Origin: Octopus vulgaris
Lineage: Eukaryota
Length of the DNA: 64,000 nucleotides
NCBI GenBank assembly: GCA_951406725.2
Contig: OX597821.1
Location: 99,386,001-99,450,000, forward strand
Direction: 5' to 3'
Shown: positions 51,480-64,000 of the stretch, piece after piece
Position numbering within the stretch: the stretch's first letter is position 1
How the letters are laid out: the number at the start of each line of letters is the position of its first letter
The notes under the pieces: model-generated
Seen by the model: only the letters and a program-made list of their open reading frames with translations
Told to the model about the DNA's origin: nothing
Database searches by the model: none
Position numbers and translations under genes: made by a program

Positions 51480-53850
51480 GTTAGGTAATATTCTCAAAAT
51501 GGTAATTATTTTACCATCTGAACTCTGAATTTGTATGAATGTTGTTTGGTTCTTGTTATGCAGCACAGATATTTCAGAGGTCGATGGATGTTATCTACCT
51601 GAAGATTACCCTTCCTCTATGCCTACCTGGATGATCCACAAGTTGCTAGCTCCTTTGAGGATAAACAAGAAAATTTACCTGCTCTGTAACCCTTTAGCAT
51701 TCAGATTATTCTGTCAAATGTAACATTTATTTATATTGTTTTGAATTAATCATGCATTATCTTGTAGCTTTGCGATTTCAACGATGTCATTTTTAGGATT
51801 AATGTCATCCTAAAAATGACATTAATGACATTGTAGGGTGTGTGTGAGAGATCAGATCTGGCCAGTTTGAATATTAAAGGGTCAAATGATAGATATGGCA
51901 TAGTCATCAACCATGGTGGTACTAATATCTCTTGAAATTCTTTTGATACCCATCCACCTGTAGGTCTATAATACAAATTCTCAGTTTCTAATGGATCTAA
52001 AAACTGCTCATAAAACTTCATGATAATTTATATTTGAAACACCAGCTTGATAACAACAAATTTATTTCAATAAATTCTCATGAAACAAGGGCAGTGTATT
52101 ACAAAAGAGATGTGGCAACAAAAAGGTTAATCATATTGATAAAATGACAATGTCTGTTTAGGAGAATGTGAAAGCTATTTATGATACCTAGACCATTGTA
52201 CCAACTGACGAAATTACTTGGTCACTTCAATTTCTATTACTAGTTAATCAAAACTGCAATACACTGCACTGAAGTTACACAGACATTCAATGCATGCTCA
52301 GCAACAAAAGGAAGAATCAACCAATCACCCATAATGTGAGTGTGTGTGAACTCACTTGTTTTATGAGATTGGCTGAGACCACTCTTCTGGTACATCTCCA
52401 AGTAAACTGCACTATGCGTTGCAGATGCATTTGCTGTTTGGAGCTGTTGTAAAACAGCTGGTGGAAGAAGGTTGTCAGTTACTTCCTTTTCTATTAAGCT
52501 TATGCTTGCAACCAGAGGAAACAAGATATGGCATTTATCAAATAGAATTAACCGCTGCCTATCTCAGTGTGATGCACTTCCATCACTTGTTAGAGGGTCA
52601 TGTTTCTATCTCCTGCAGAGATTACAAGCCCCTAATGTACATTCTGATGTTCAGATCTGATTACCATTCACTAAGAAATTCAGCAACCGAACCTCCCAAT
52701 ACATAAGTGACATGTGAAAAAGATTAACAATGTACTTTCACACAATAACAAGCATTATATACTAAACACTTCTGGTTTCTCAACTTGGACCAATAAAATT
52801 TGATCAAGAGAAATGGTAAGCTATCCTGACTATGGAATTCACCACCTTTGACATTCTAAGAGTTAGATCCTACTCCAACTAGATACATTTGGTCCACTAT
52901 CTCCACCAGCCATGAACACTGTTTTGTGCCCCCAAAACGCCATTGTGAGATGATTTTTAATGTACTCTATTCTCTGTTAGATCCAGGTACCAATTCAATA
53001 CTATCGGCAGGTTTCATTTGGCCTAGTATTGACCAAAAAAAAAAAAAAAGGAAGTGGGACAGGAACTGTGTTGCATGCCAAAAAGCAGAGCTAAGTTGCT
53101 GTCAAGTCACCATTAAGCATCTTTGCTGCACTTGGCATAAAGTTTCAGCACAAACATGTTAATCTTGTAGAACCACTTCCACCTTCACCTTCACAAGGAG
53201 ATATTTATCTGTTCACTTGTATTGACAGATTATATCAGACAGTCCAATACTATTCTACTAGCCAATGCAACCAAGACAGTTGTGAAGGGCCCTGTACAGC
53301 AATAGATCTCAAGATACAATATACTATCTACCATCACAGTCCTGCAGAACTAATGCAATTGCTAGGTTGCAATGAAACCCATACTATCATTTATCATTCA
53401 GCAACTAACTATATAGTGGAACATTTCCATTATCAACTTACGTTGGGACAAAATAGCCCAAGCAGATTCCAGTGGCCATATATTCACAGATAAGGAGGGA
53501 ACTGGAGGTACACCAGTTCAACTTCTCTACTTAACAGCAGCACAAGGACAAATGGTTGCACATACTCCAGTAGCAAATTCATCTAACTACACATTCACCA
53601 CCTATGGGGACGTATGTCCAATAGATCACTAGTTGTCCTTGACAACAGGCCACAACACATATTTCATAAGGTCTATCTAACTGGCCAAGTGTTCATTTTT
53701 TTGTTGTCAAGCAGTTATGACATCACTTCAGATGTCCAAGTATTTCAGTGTTATACATAATAAGTGGGAGACTGTAAGCATTAACTTTCTCAATGCAACT
53801 CATTTGGAGTGATATGTCACCAGACCTCAAATTATAACAGACCATCACAA
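51480..53850 (+). pseudogene. Heavily decayed Ty3/Gypsy pol (RT, RNase H, integrase), interrupted by MITEs
   Basis: RT: EFV*MLFGSCYAAQIFQRSMD and YAYLDD. RNase H: GAVVKQ...ETRY...EL.A.YLSV.HF.H.LEG...DYKPL. Integrase: FIWPSI...CVACQKA and HVNLVEPLPPS...YLFTCIDR. Domain order RT-RH-IN; no LTRs recognised. Confidence 0.85.
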
Positions 53851-54242
53851 CAACAATACCAACTTGTACTAACTGTGCTTCAATTTTTCTGCAAATGGTC
53901 AGAAAAAGTGAATGAGGACGAAATATATACAAGCCAGCTTAATTTCTACATGTAGGCATAGGAGTGGATGTGTGGTAAGTAGCTTACTTATGAACCACAT
54001 GGTTCTGGGTTCAGTCCCACTGCGTGGCACCTTGGTTAAGATCAAGATTGGAGCCTGGTGCAGCCATCTGGTTCGCCAGTCCTCAGTCAAATCGTCCAAC
54101 CCAAGCTAGCATGGAAAGCGGACGTTAAACGATGATGATGATGATGATGATATATATATATATATATATATATATCTCAATCGTTTGCTGAAGAATGTCA
54201 TGTTTGAAACTATTTTCTGTTGAGATATATCAAGTTTATTCA

Positions 54243-55220
54243 TGTGAACATACAGCTATGCTACATGACAGTGAAACATGGGCTTTGATAACAGAAGACT
54301 TGTGAAGGCCTGAAAGAAATAGAGCTAGCCTGCTCTGCTAGATGGGTAATGTCAATGTGCATGCATGACAGAGTGTAAATGATTTAAGAAGAAAATTGGG
54401 TATAAGAGGTATTAGATGTTGTGTGCAAGAGAGAAAACTGTGCTGGTTTGGTCATGTGATGTGTATACTTACTTGTACTTGTGGCGACATTCACCCTGGG
54501 CGGGTTGAGTCGGCTTCTTCTCATGGAAGAAGTTTCGTGGGAATATGTGGATTTCACAAGCGGTCCCCAACAATCTCACATGTAGAGACATCCTGTTTGC
54601 CGCAGATTGTCCGCAGAAGATCCGCCGGTTGCCGAAACAGAATTTTTACCAGAGCCCCGTCTGCCGGGTTGTGGCCCTAATACCACTCGGTGTCAGACCA
54701 ATCCGCCTTGGGTGGCCCTACCAAGAACCGAAGTTCCCGAGGGCATAGCTCTAACACTACCCGTTGCCAGCTTCTCCACCACGGTGAGGAGGGGATGGAC
54801 TTTGGGGACGCCAGATACCTTACCCTGAAGATGTGATGTGTATGGATGAGGACAACTACATAAAGAAGTGCTGAGCTCTAATTGTGGAAGGGGTAGACTC
54901 AGGAAGATGTGAGATGAACTGGTGAGAAGGGATTTTTGGATGCAGGGCCTCACTGAGGAAATGAGAAGGGACCAGGAGTTGTGGCGATTTACTGTATTTG
55001 AGATGTGTGGATTAAGTAAAACCAGTTATTCATACATATAAGCTTGTCCTTTACAGGTGTCTGTGTTGCATAAACACACCATGTAAAAAGTACCCAACAC
55101 ATTCTGTAAAGTGTTTAGCCTTAGGAAGGGTATCCAGCTGTAGAAACCATGTCACAATAGATAATTGGAGTCTGGACAGCTCCTGTCAAACCATCCAGCT
55201 CATGCCAGCAATGAAAATGG
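54243..55220 (+). mobile_element. Decayed RTE LINE 3' part
   Basis: TAML.DSETWAL...LGIRGIRCCVQERKLCWFGHVM... then the family tail. Confidence 0.82.
54467..54830 (-). mobile_element. Young 364-bp RTE-derived non-autonomous retroelement
   Basis: Perfect 13-bp TSD atgtgatgtgtat (54454-66, 54831-43); caagtacaagtaagt tail; RTE 5'UTR-like gagctatgcc...tagggccacccaaggcgga; GC/CpG-rich. Confidence 0.8.
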
Positions 55221-55231
55221 ATATATATATT

Positions 55232-55618
55232 TTTTACTCTTTTACTTGTTTCAGTCATTTGACTGCGGCCATGCTGGAGCACCGCCTTTAGTCGAGCAAA
55301 TCGACACCTGGATTTATTCTTTGTAAGCCGAGTACTTATTCTATCGGTCTCTTTTGCCGAACCGCTAAGTTACGGGGGGACGTAAACACACCAGCATCGG
55401 TTGTCAAGCAATACTAGGGGGACAAACACAGACACACAAACACATACATATATATACACGACAGGCTTCTTTCAGTTTCTGTCTACCAAATCCACTCACA
55501 AGGCATTGGTCGGCCCAAGGCTATATCAGAAGACACTTGCCCAAGGTGCCACACAGTGGGACTGAACCCGGAACCATGTGGTTGGTAAGCAAGCTACTTA
55601 CCACACAGCCACTCCTAT
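55232..55618 (-). mobile_element. SINE family A, near-consensus copy
   Basis: Full length; retains most CpGs. Confidence 0.9.
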
Positions 55619-57753
55619 GATAAAGATGTTGCTGATTGAGGCAACATGACTTGCAGAAAATACCAATTCTATCTTTTCGATAGATATTTGCATCTGTGGA
55701 ATGCTCAGTCACTTACACATTAAGTGAGCTGATCAAATAACAGAGTATTCATTGTTGAAACTGACAGAGATCCGTCCATATGGACATTTATTTAGTAAAC
55801 AGTTTAGGCTGTTGCAGCAATTTTATAATCCATTATATGCATTTTGGTTTTAATGCATACAACACAATGGACTATCACTGACCAGTTGTAAAATATATAA
55901 CACACATACACACACAAAAAGATGTTGATGCATAATGACAGATCATCGTTAAGCCTTTAGATTACTCTGTCAAAATGTAAAGCTTTTATATTCGTATTGT
56001 TTTGATTTAATCAGGCATTGACTTGTAGCTTATTTTGATGATGTGATTGTATATTTTTAGAATGACATTGTAGTTTAGGTGTGAGAAGCCAGATCTAGCT
56101 GGTTTGAACATAAAATAGGTAGAATATTTTAGCTGGATATGGCCAGTTTAAATGATAAAAGGCCAAGCCTAAAAATCTTATATATTGTATTTCATGGAAC
56201 AAAAGACAGCCATATTAGATGCACCTTGATTTCAGCAGTAGATATTCAGAAAAAGGAGAGTCTCAGGGACAAATTTAGATTATGGGTTAGCATATAAGAC
56301 CTGGGGTGTGTTTTTGAGACATTTTTTTGGAAAAAATGTTATTTGTATGCCTTCAAATATGGTGTGTGCCAGTACCACCTGACAGGCCCTTGTGCTGGTG
56401 GCACGTAAAAGCACCCAACACACTCTCGGAGTGGTTGGCGTTAGGAAGGGCATCCAGCTGTAGAAACTCTGCCAGATCAGACTGGAGTCTGGTGCAGCCA
56501 TCTGTTTCGCCAGACCTCAGTCAAATCGTCCAACCCATGCTAGCATGAAAGTGGACATAAAATGATGATGATGATGATGACTTCAGTGCAAACAAGATGG
56601 CATGCTGCAAGTGTTAGATTATATATATTAATCCTTTAGCATTCAGATTACTCTATCAATTGTAATGCTTATTTATTCATTGTTTAGAATTAATTATGCA
56701 TTATCTTGTAGCTTAGCAATTTTGATGATGTGGTTGTTTATTTCTAGAACGATATAGCAGGATAGGTGTGAGAATCCAGATCTGGTTTGTTAGCCTAAAG
56801 CAGACAGAATATTTGGGCTGGACATTGCTGGTTTAAATGCTAAAAGGGTTAAAGCTGAAATTTCACATTTTGTGCTGAAGTGCAAATCTGAGATCATCAT
56901 CATCATCATCGTTTAGCGTCCGTTTTCCATGCTAGCATGGGTTTGATTATAATTTGATTCACCAAACTTCATTTGAAGACCACAGATGTGAAATTCAGTG
57001 TCGTATAAAATTTGAAGTTTCAGCTTCAATAAAATTTGTGTGTGTATATCTATAACAGAATAAAACTGTTTTACAATCAAGATGGATACCATCTGCATTA
57101 ATCATACTAGTCTGGGAGTCTCTCTGCAAAATATTACTTCTAGTGCCCCTCTACCTAAATTATATATACATGTCTATAATAATAAAAGCGAAATTCTTTT
57201 TGTCCATTTGGGACCCTTGTATCTCAGTCTACTTTTGCTCTACATAGACATATCATACCTTTTTTGGAATCAAGATAATCCTGGGATTGAAAACCTGCCC
57301 TTCGTTTAGTTCTTGCACATCAAGCGTTGGGATCTGATTTAAAAGCATTTGGGTTGCTATTTCTAGCAGGTAAAGTGTGGCTTATTCACACCATCTTGGT
57401 TGGCATTTTTCAGATGAGGTCAGATATCAAGGTGGAGATAAATGACATTTGCTTCGTCAATTTTCCGTTGGGATAAGAACTTTGGGACAAATTGGCCAAC
57501 AGTTGGAATTCAACTTGGGACTGGAACAATAGAATAATTGCATTACAGAATTGACTCTCATCCGTCCTTAACTCCTGATTAAACACCAACGGGGTATATA
57601 CCATTATAGATGTATTATAGTCATGCTATTTAGTTCTTTTTAGTTTTGGGCCACAAGCCCAATTAGCTCTCCGCTGGAGCTAGCTATATATACGGAATTA
57701 GCCCTCTGCAGGAGCAAGCCTAAAAGTTTGCATAGAGTGCAGCTGTTAAGCTA

Positions 57754-57794
<41 letters not shown>

Positions 57795-60591
57795 ATGTAA
57801 TGCTATTGTTGTTTAGCTACAAGTCAGCCCTAATGGAATGGATCCATGATCAAAGGCGTTCCAGCCAGGATCATCCATCCAGTTGCCTTCCTTTTCATCT
57901 CTTTGAGTATCTGAGCTTTTCAAAACAAAAACATTTGGTCTGATTTAATTTAGGTTGCTGTGCATTGTTATACACTTTATGACATGCGTTATCGATTAGT
58001 GGATTGGCAGCGTCATTAAAGAAGGAAGAAGAAAAAAAAAAGAAAGAGAGAAAGAAGCCTAGCAATATTTCTGACCTTTTACATTCCAGGTTCCAATCCT
58101 GACAATCAACTTTGTCTTCTACAGTTTGTGGGTCGATAAAATAAAGTACAAGATTAGTATTGGGTGTGATGATTGGGGGAGAGAGTTTATGGTACTGACT
58201 GGTTCCTTTGCTTTGCCTCAAAACTGCCGGCCTTGTACCTAAACTGGAAACTATTGTCAAGGGTCATGAAGGTGGCAACATTTGGAATGTTTACATTGGC
58301 ACGGATTTGAAAACATGTCTGATTCTTTCGGATAGAGGTAGGATGGTCACAGTTGGCAAGCTGTACTTGTGTTGAACATTCTTTATGCATAGGTGCAGTG
58401 TAGATGTGTGGTAAGAGGTTTGTTTCTCAACCACATGGTTCCAGATTCAGTCCCACTGTATGGCATTTTAGGCAAGTGCCTCCTATTATAGCCCTGCGTT
58501 GACCAAAGCATTGAAAGAAACCCACCGTACATGTCTATGTAGGTGTGTGTTTGCACCCCAGCCACCACTTGACAACCGGTGTTGGTTTGTTTACGTTCCA
58601 CAGCGTAGCTTTTGAGCAAAAAAGAGATCAATAAAATAAGTACCAGGTTTAAAGAAAATTAAGTACCGAGGTAAATTTGTTCGATTAAATCCTTGAAGGT
58701 GGTGCCCCAGCTTGGCCGCAGTCTTACGACTGAAACAAGCAAAGGATACGACGCATATGACCCATATTTTTTGCACGAAGAGTAAAACAAAATGATTTGG
58801 ACTATCATTTTTTTGTTTTAAGATTTGTTTCACACCATAAAGTCCGGGATATCCAAAGGTACTTGAATGGGACCTGAGAGGAAATTTGACTGGTAATTTT
58901 AAACAATGTCGAGCGATCACGTAGAAAGCCTCAGTCATTAAGCTCACGTCCTGTTTGCTGTAGGTTCTAGTGGTAACCGCAGCAAAAGAGGGGCAAGGTG
59001 AATTAAGTCAGAGCACGACAGTTGCTATTTCTATGCTCTTTACATTCACTCATTTTGTACTAACGAGGGTTATTCATGCATTGACAACATGGTCAAAATT
59101 TCAGGGGAGTGGGCTAGCATTATTCTTGAATGTAAAAATAGGTTAAAATGAACTGTTAGTGATTTTCTTTTTGGTACTGCACCACAATCACGATCGCATT
59201 GTATTCGAATTAGTGCGGTAACAGCTAAAGAGGGTGAAAAAGAGAACAAATTTCAAGAAAATTGCTCGTTTTACGAAGTCAAAAAAATTATGTCAAGATT
59301 TAGCTGTTTAACTTAACCGAACAAAAGAAAAAAATCATTAAATATAAATAAAAGATTAGAATTAACAGAGTAAGAAAATTTGAGAAGCTGCGATGTTCAT
59401 GCCAATCTAAAGCAATTCCGATTGCATCAAGTTTCTTGTGAAAGCTACACAGAAAATATCAACATTTAAGACGGAATCGCTAGGTTTCGACATCATGGGA
59501 TAATTGCTTTTCGGACAGTCACGCAAACACACACAAGAAAGAATGAAAACAAAAAATTTTAAGTTTAATACTAACAAAACTGCAAACAAAATTGTAAAGA
59601 ATATATCCAGTTATGAACAAAGAAAATTAAATATCCAGTTCCATAGGAAAGAATAGGCAATAGTAATGGGAAAAACTAAAGCAAACGACAGTGTGTTTAT
59701 GACACACCAAAACATCCATTGTTCAATGTAACATGTGAGGAATGCGAGTTTATATATCTATGTAAATATTTGACATATAAATTGTGCCGATCTTTTATAT
59801 TCCCGATAAACATGAACAAAAATACGGATAAGTTATAGTTCCCTCGCTAACTATGGAGCAGACAGACATTACTAAACACTTTATCGACCAAACACGAGAG
59901 CCTGTAGCCTGTAAGTGGTTGTTCAACATGCTAGAAATAACAGCCATACCTCCCTAAAATCATGCCCTGCCACCTTAAAAGATAGGAAGGGCACATTGGA
60001 GAATGTCGTCTTAAATTATCCCCGAAAAATAAAGAAATGTCACGGCCGGAATGTTTTTGTTCGAAAGTCGGTTCGATCGGGGTTAAATAACAACACTGTA
60101 GGAACCAGTCTGTAGCCATTAACAGGTGGAATAAGCGAGGGAAAGCAATTAAAAAAAAATGTCTTGCACCTGATTTTCTCATCAGTGATACTGTTAAGAA
60201 GTGTAACCAGAATTAACAATATGCCCACACGTATGTAGCTTCACAAGAATGTATAATGGCCAGGTCACCCAGATCTGGTAGAAATAGCGGCCAAATCTCT
60301 CCCAAATTATACCCTATCGTCTTGAAAAGACGAAAGGTAGACAAACTCATAATGGAGGCTATTAAGAAAAAGACTAAAATAATACATTATTACAGGTTAA
60401 TTACTCAGGGACACTGTTCGCATGAAAAAAGAATAGTTAAGTTAGTGATGGCATGATTATAGGCCTATAGGATAGGTAATGGTTCGAACATCTTTGATCA
60501 TATCAGCTGGATATATCAACGAAAGGAAATGAACCAACACAATCGCTCGGCCTGCTAGAAATAGCGAATCTCCCACCAAAATTACAATACA

Positions 60592-60729
60592 CCAAGACAT
60601 GGGCAACCTTTTTCCAGAATCGGGCCGCATGAGACATGACTCATCATCAGGCGGGACACACTACTTTAAAAAAAAATTGTTAGGTATGCCATTCAGAAAG
60701 TTCCACGGGCCGCAGATTGCCTCAGTCAG
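60592..60729. mobile_element. hAT-type MITE
   Basis: Imperfect TIRs gacatgggcaacct / agattgcctcagtc with internal gggccgca motifs. Confidence 0.5.
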
Positions 60730-61619
60730 TTCTATATATATTCGTAAAAAGAAAACACGGGTTGGGATGGGCACGACTGGAATGCTTTTGATCATAAGGT
60801 CCTGTTGGATCAGAGTCCACCTGGGGCTAAACAACGAAGTTCCACCGTTAGATGAATTAGAAAACGTTAGCAGCATTCCTCGCCAAGAAATCATTCATCA
60901 ACAGATTATGTTACTTTGACTGGTTAATGTTTATGTTGGAGAGGAAACCACCTCAGATTAGCAGCGAACGTGAAAGAATTCAAATGAATGTGGAATTGGC
61001 TGACTGCAGACAACACATACACATACTTTAATTTAAATAAACCTACACGCGCTCATATATAAACATACATACACACATACACACACACATGTTTATGTGC
61101 ACACACAGAGGCAAACGTGTGCACACACACACACGCTTATGTACACTAATATATACACACGCACGTTTATGGACACACGAATTATCATTTCAACAAGGAG
61201 TGTGTAGATTTTAAATAAAATAAAAATAACACAAGAAGAAACACCAAGCATGTAGATATATTCTAAAGCAGTTTTTTTTTTGTAATTAATTTAAATAAAG
61301 CTTGGAGCTATCTAAAGAAGACTTTATTACTACATTTCCCTGTCAATGTCTTATTAAATTATGAATAAGGGTTACTCAGAAAAATTATGTGAAGACTGAA
61401 TGAAGTATTTCTTTCCGCAATTACAGGGGTAGTCCTGAATTATACAAATAACTGATGTTTTAATACACCTATTCCCCATGCTGGCATGGGTTGGGCGCGC
61501 GCGCGCTTACACAAATGTACATATCTATCTATCTACCTATCTATACATACAGACATATACATTTATCTACACAAACATAAATACATACACACACACACAC
61601 ACACATGCATATACGTAAA

Positions 61620-61942
61620 TATACATATATATGCATACGTACATGTACATCTACATATATATACATACGTACATGTACATCTACATATATATACATACGG
61701 ACATATACATCTACATATATATACATACGTACATGTACATCTACATATATATACATACGGACATATACATCTACATATATATACATACGGACATATACAT
61801 CTACATATATATACATACGGACATATACATCTACATATATATATACATACGGACATATACATCTACATATATATACATACGTACATGTACACATATATAT
61901 ATATACATACGTACATGTACATCTACATATATATACATACAT
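61620..61942. repeat. 30-bp minisatellite (about 10 copies) grown from AT/AC microsatellite
   Basis: Unit variants acatatacatctacatatatatacatacgg / acatgtacatctacatatatatacatacgt. Confidence 0.92.
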
Positions 61943-63007
61943 GTGTTTGTACTCCACCTGCCTTCGTCTTTTGTTTATTTTCGTAAACCTTCCCGTTATA
62001 TATCTACATATATGTACATATACATATCTGGTTGTAGAAAATGTCTCAATGAATTCTGCTTGGCCCACGGAAAAATGGAAGTTAAAATGATGATGTGTGT
62101 ATATATATATATATATATTATACACATGCAAATATGTATACCCACATATACACATATTTAAGTGTGTATATCTATCTCTATATAACACATTTTCCCCAAC
62201 TCTTTATTTTTCTTTCTATATGCAGATACCTATATTTGATAAGGGAAATTTTACCCGAAATATTTAGGGAGCATTTAACAATCTATGTAAGGCAATAAAA
62301 TATCTTTTCTTTTTACTTTCTCTCATTGACATTACCTTACATATTCTGCCGAACTTCTCATCACCATTGCTCAAACCCTTTTTTAAAACAATATGCAATG
62401 CTTCAAATAAATTACAATGCTCTTTTGTATATATGAGGAAATGTGGCCAATAACAGGCACCCATGCCAGTGGCATGTAAAAAGCACCATTCAAGGGTTGG
62501 GCCTCATAGAGGCAATGTGGCTGATGCTGGTGCCACATAACTGATACTTAAAAGCACCTATTACACTCTTGGTGTGGTTGGTGTTAGGAAGAGCATCCAG
62601 CAACCATAGGAACCATGCCAAATCAGACTGGAGTCTGGTGCAGTCCTGGTCAAACCATCCACCCCATACCAGCATGGACAACGGACGTTAAATGATGATA
62701 ATATATGGCTGTCAACTCATTAACTGAGTCTGACTTTTTCTAACACTAACACTGACATATACACAATTGCCAAACTAGTTAAAATTAACACACCCAACCA
62801 TACATGAAAGGACATTAAGGTAATATGATTTAAAACAAAATTACAAAAAAAAAACCCATAAAAGGACAATGAGACATAAGGATGAAGATAATACAAATTA
62901 ATAATGTTAGAACCATGCATAATTGGAATTTTATGCAACTTGCACTGCATTGCAAAAACTCACAAGTAGTGCTAAGTGGCACAAAGACAAGCTGGAGTCA
63001 GTGATGT

Positions 63008-63035
<28 letters not shown>

Positions 63036-63038
<3 letters not shown>

Positions 63039-63570
63039 GCAATGATGAAAGGCTGAGACCTCTGAGATATGCTGTGACTGTGAAGACCAGACAAATGAAG
63101 TGAGTTCATGGTTCACAGGATGGCCTGCTGTGCTTACCTTGGATCGCAGGGTGACCAGCTGTGCTTGAGGAGACCTACTAAGTCAAGTACATCAACAACA
63201 AAATAAAAATCAAATAGAAACTGTAGTTGGGATACTCGTGTTGGTGGTATGTAAAAAGCACCATCCGAACGTGGCCGATGCCAGCGCCGCCTTGACTGGC
63301 ATCCGTGCTAGTGGCACACAAAACGCACCAACCAATTGTGGACATTGCCAACTTCTTCTGGCCCATGTGCCGGTGGCATGTAAAAAGCACCCGCTACACT
63401 CACGGAATGGTTGGCGTTAGGAAGGGCATCCAGCCGTAGAAACACTGCCAGATCGGACTGGAGCACACTTCCCAGAACCTGGCTGAACTGTACAACCCAT
63501 GCTAGCAGGGTAGGTGGACGTTAAATGATGATGATGGAGAACAGACGTTAAACGATGATGATGATGATGT
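63036..63570 (+). mobile_element. RTE LINE 3' end
   Basis: gagacctctgagatatgctgtg...tandem units...family tail, with a duplicated (TGA)n end. Confidence 0.78.
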
Positions 63571-63631
63571 ATCGTTTGTAGAAATACATAAACTTGGAGG
63601 AGAAGCACACTCTAAGATGTACAGCAGTTAA

Positions 63632-63756
63632 TATTATAGTGGGGGTAGGCTAGTTCATGGGGTTATCCTGGGTTTCTTGCTCATAGCCTTAAGGCTAAAC
63701 CCATTATGAGTGAGAAACCCAGGGTAACCCTATAACCTGCCTACCCCACAATAATA
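63632..63756. mobile_element. Hairpin MITE-like element
   Basis: About 52-nt imperfect inverted arms tattatagtgggggtaggc...cctgggtttcttgctcata / tatgagtgagaaacccaggg...gcctaccccacaataata. Confidence 0.6.
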
Positions 63757-64000
63757 CGTGTGTTCGCGCACGCGTGTGTATTCTTGTTTGAAGCCAAATG
63801 AAGTTATAGTGTGATACTCAAGCACTCAACTATGAGAACAGTCTCTCATAGCAGAAACAACTGCAAGCTATTGAAGTTCATAACATAATTATTTATTCCT
63901 TCGTCATCTCAAACATCTTATTAGTGCTCTGTATTTGACTGACGATCCATTCCGAAGCATATACTCTTTTACTTGTTTCAGTCATTTGACTGCGGCCATG

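Noticed and set aside
57172-57310. Helitron-like 5' end tctataataataaaagcg
   Set aside because: No matching 3' hairpin and CTAG end could be identified with confidence.
61486-62188. Long His/Ile/Tyr-rich ORFs
   Set aside because: Translations of a 30-bp minisatellite and (TA)/(CA) repeats; the same applies to YIYI ORFs at 17.0, 19.2-19.6 and 37 kb.
62330-62430. Minus-strand open stretch ending in AAG|GTAATG as an upstream ZNF367 exon
   Set aside because: Phase 0 donor, whereas the 34921 exon needs phase 1, and there is no finger-1 sequence.

Overview
AT-rich, repeat-dense animal genomic DNA. The SINE/RTE/microsatellite landscape suggests an octopus (coleoid cephalopod); this is an inference. 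Two spliced protein-coding genes lie in convergent orientation and are partial in this window. The last three coding exons of translation initiation factor eIF2B subunit beta are on + (EIF2B2; 1032-1091, 2996-3132, 4303-4387). The last three coding exons of a ZNF367-like C2H2 zinc-finger gene are on - (34802-34921, 30240-30378, 26879-27086); no upstream exons of it were found in the window. Everything else is intron or intergenic DNA filled with repeats: at least three tRNA-derived SINE families, many RTE-LINE 3' ends, CR1-group LINE ends, deleted mariner elements, an internally deleted hAT element, a Helitron, HINE-like elements, TTAA-target MITEs, a decayed Ty3/Gypsy pol and micro/minisatellites. 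Almost all ORFs in the supplied track are repeat artefacts. Most notable observations: (i) several short elements with Penelope-type minimal hammerhead-ribozyme-like motifs, one joined to a tRNA/Pol III head; (ii) long near-perfect hairpins, one inside the last EIF2B2 intron; (iii) repeated capture of unique flanking DNA from a homologous repeat copy 8-20 kb away; (iv) a visible SINE/LINE shared 3' tail; (v) a young bipartite RTE-derived element.
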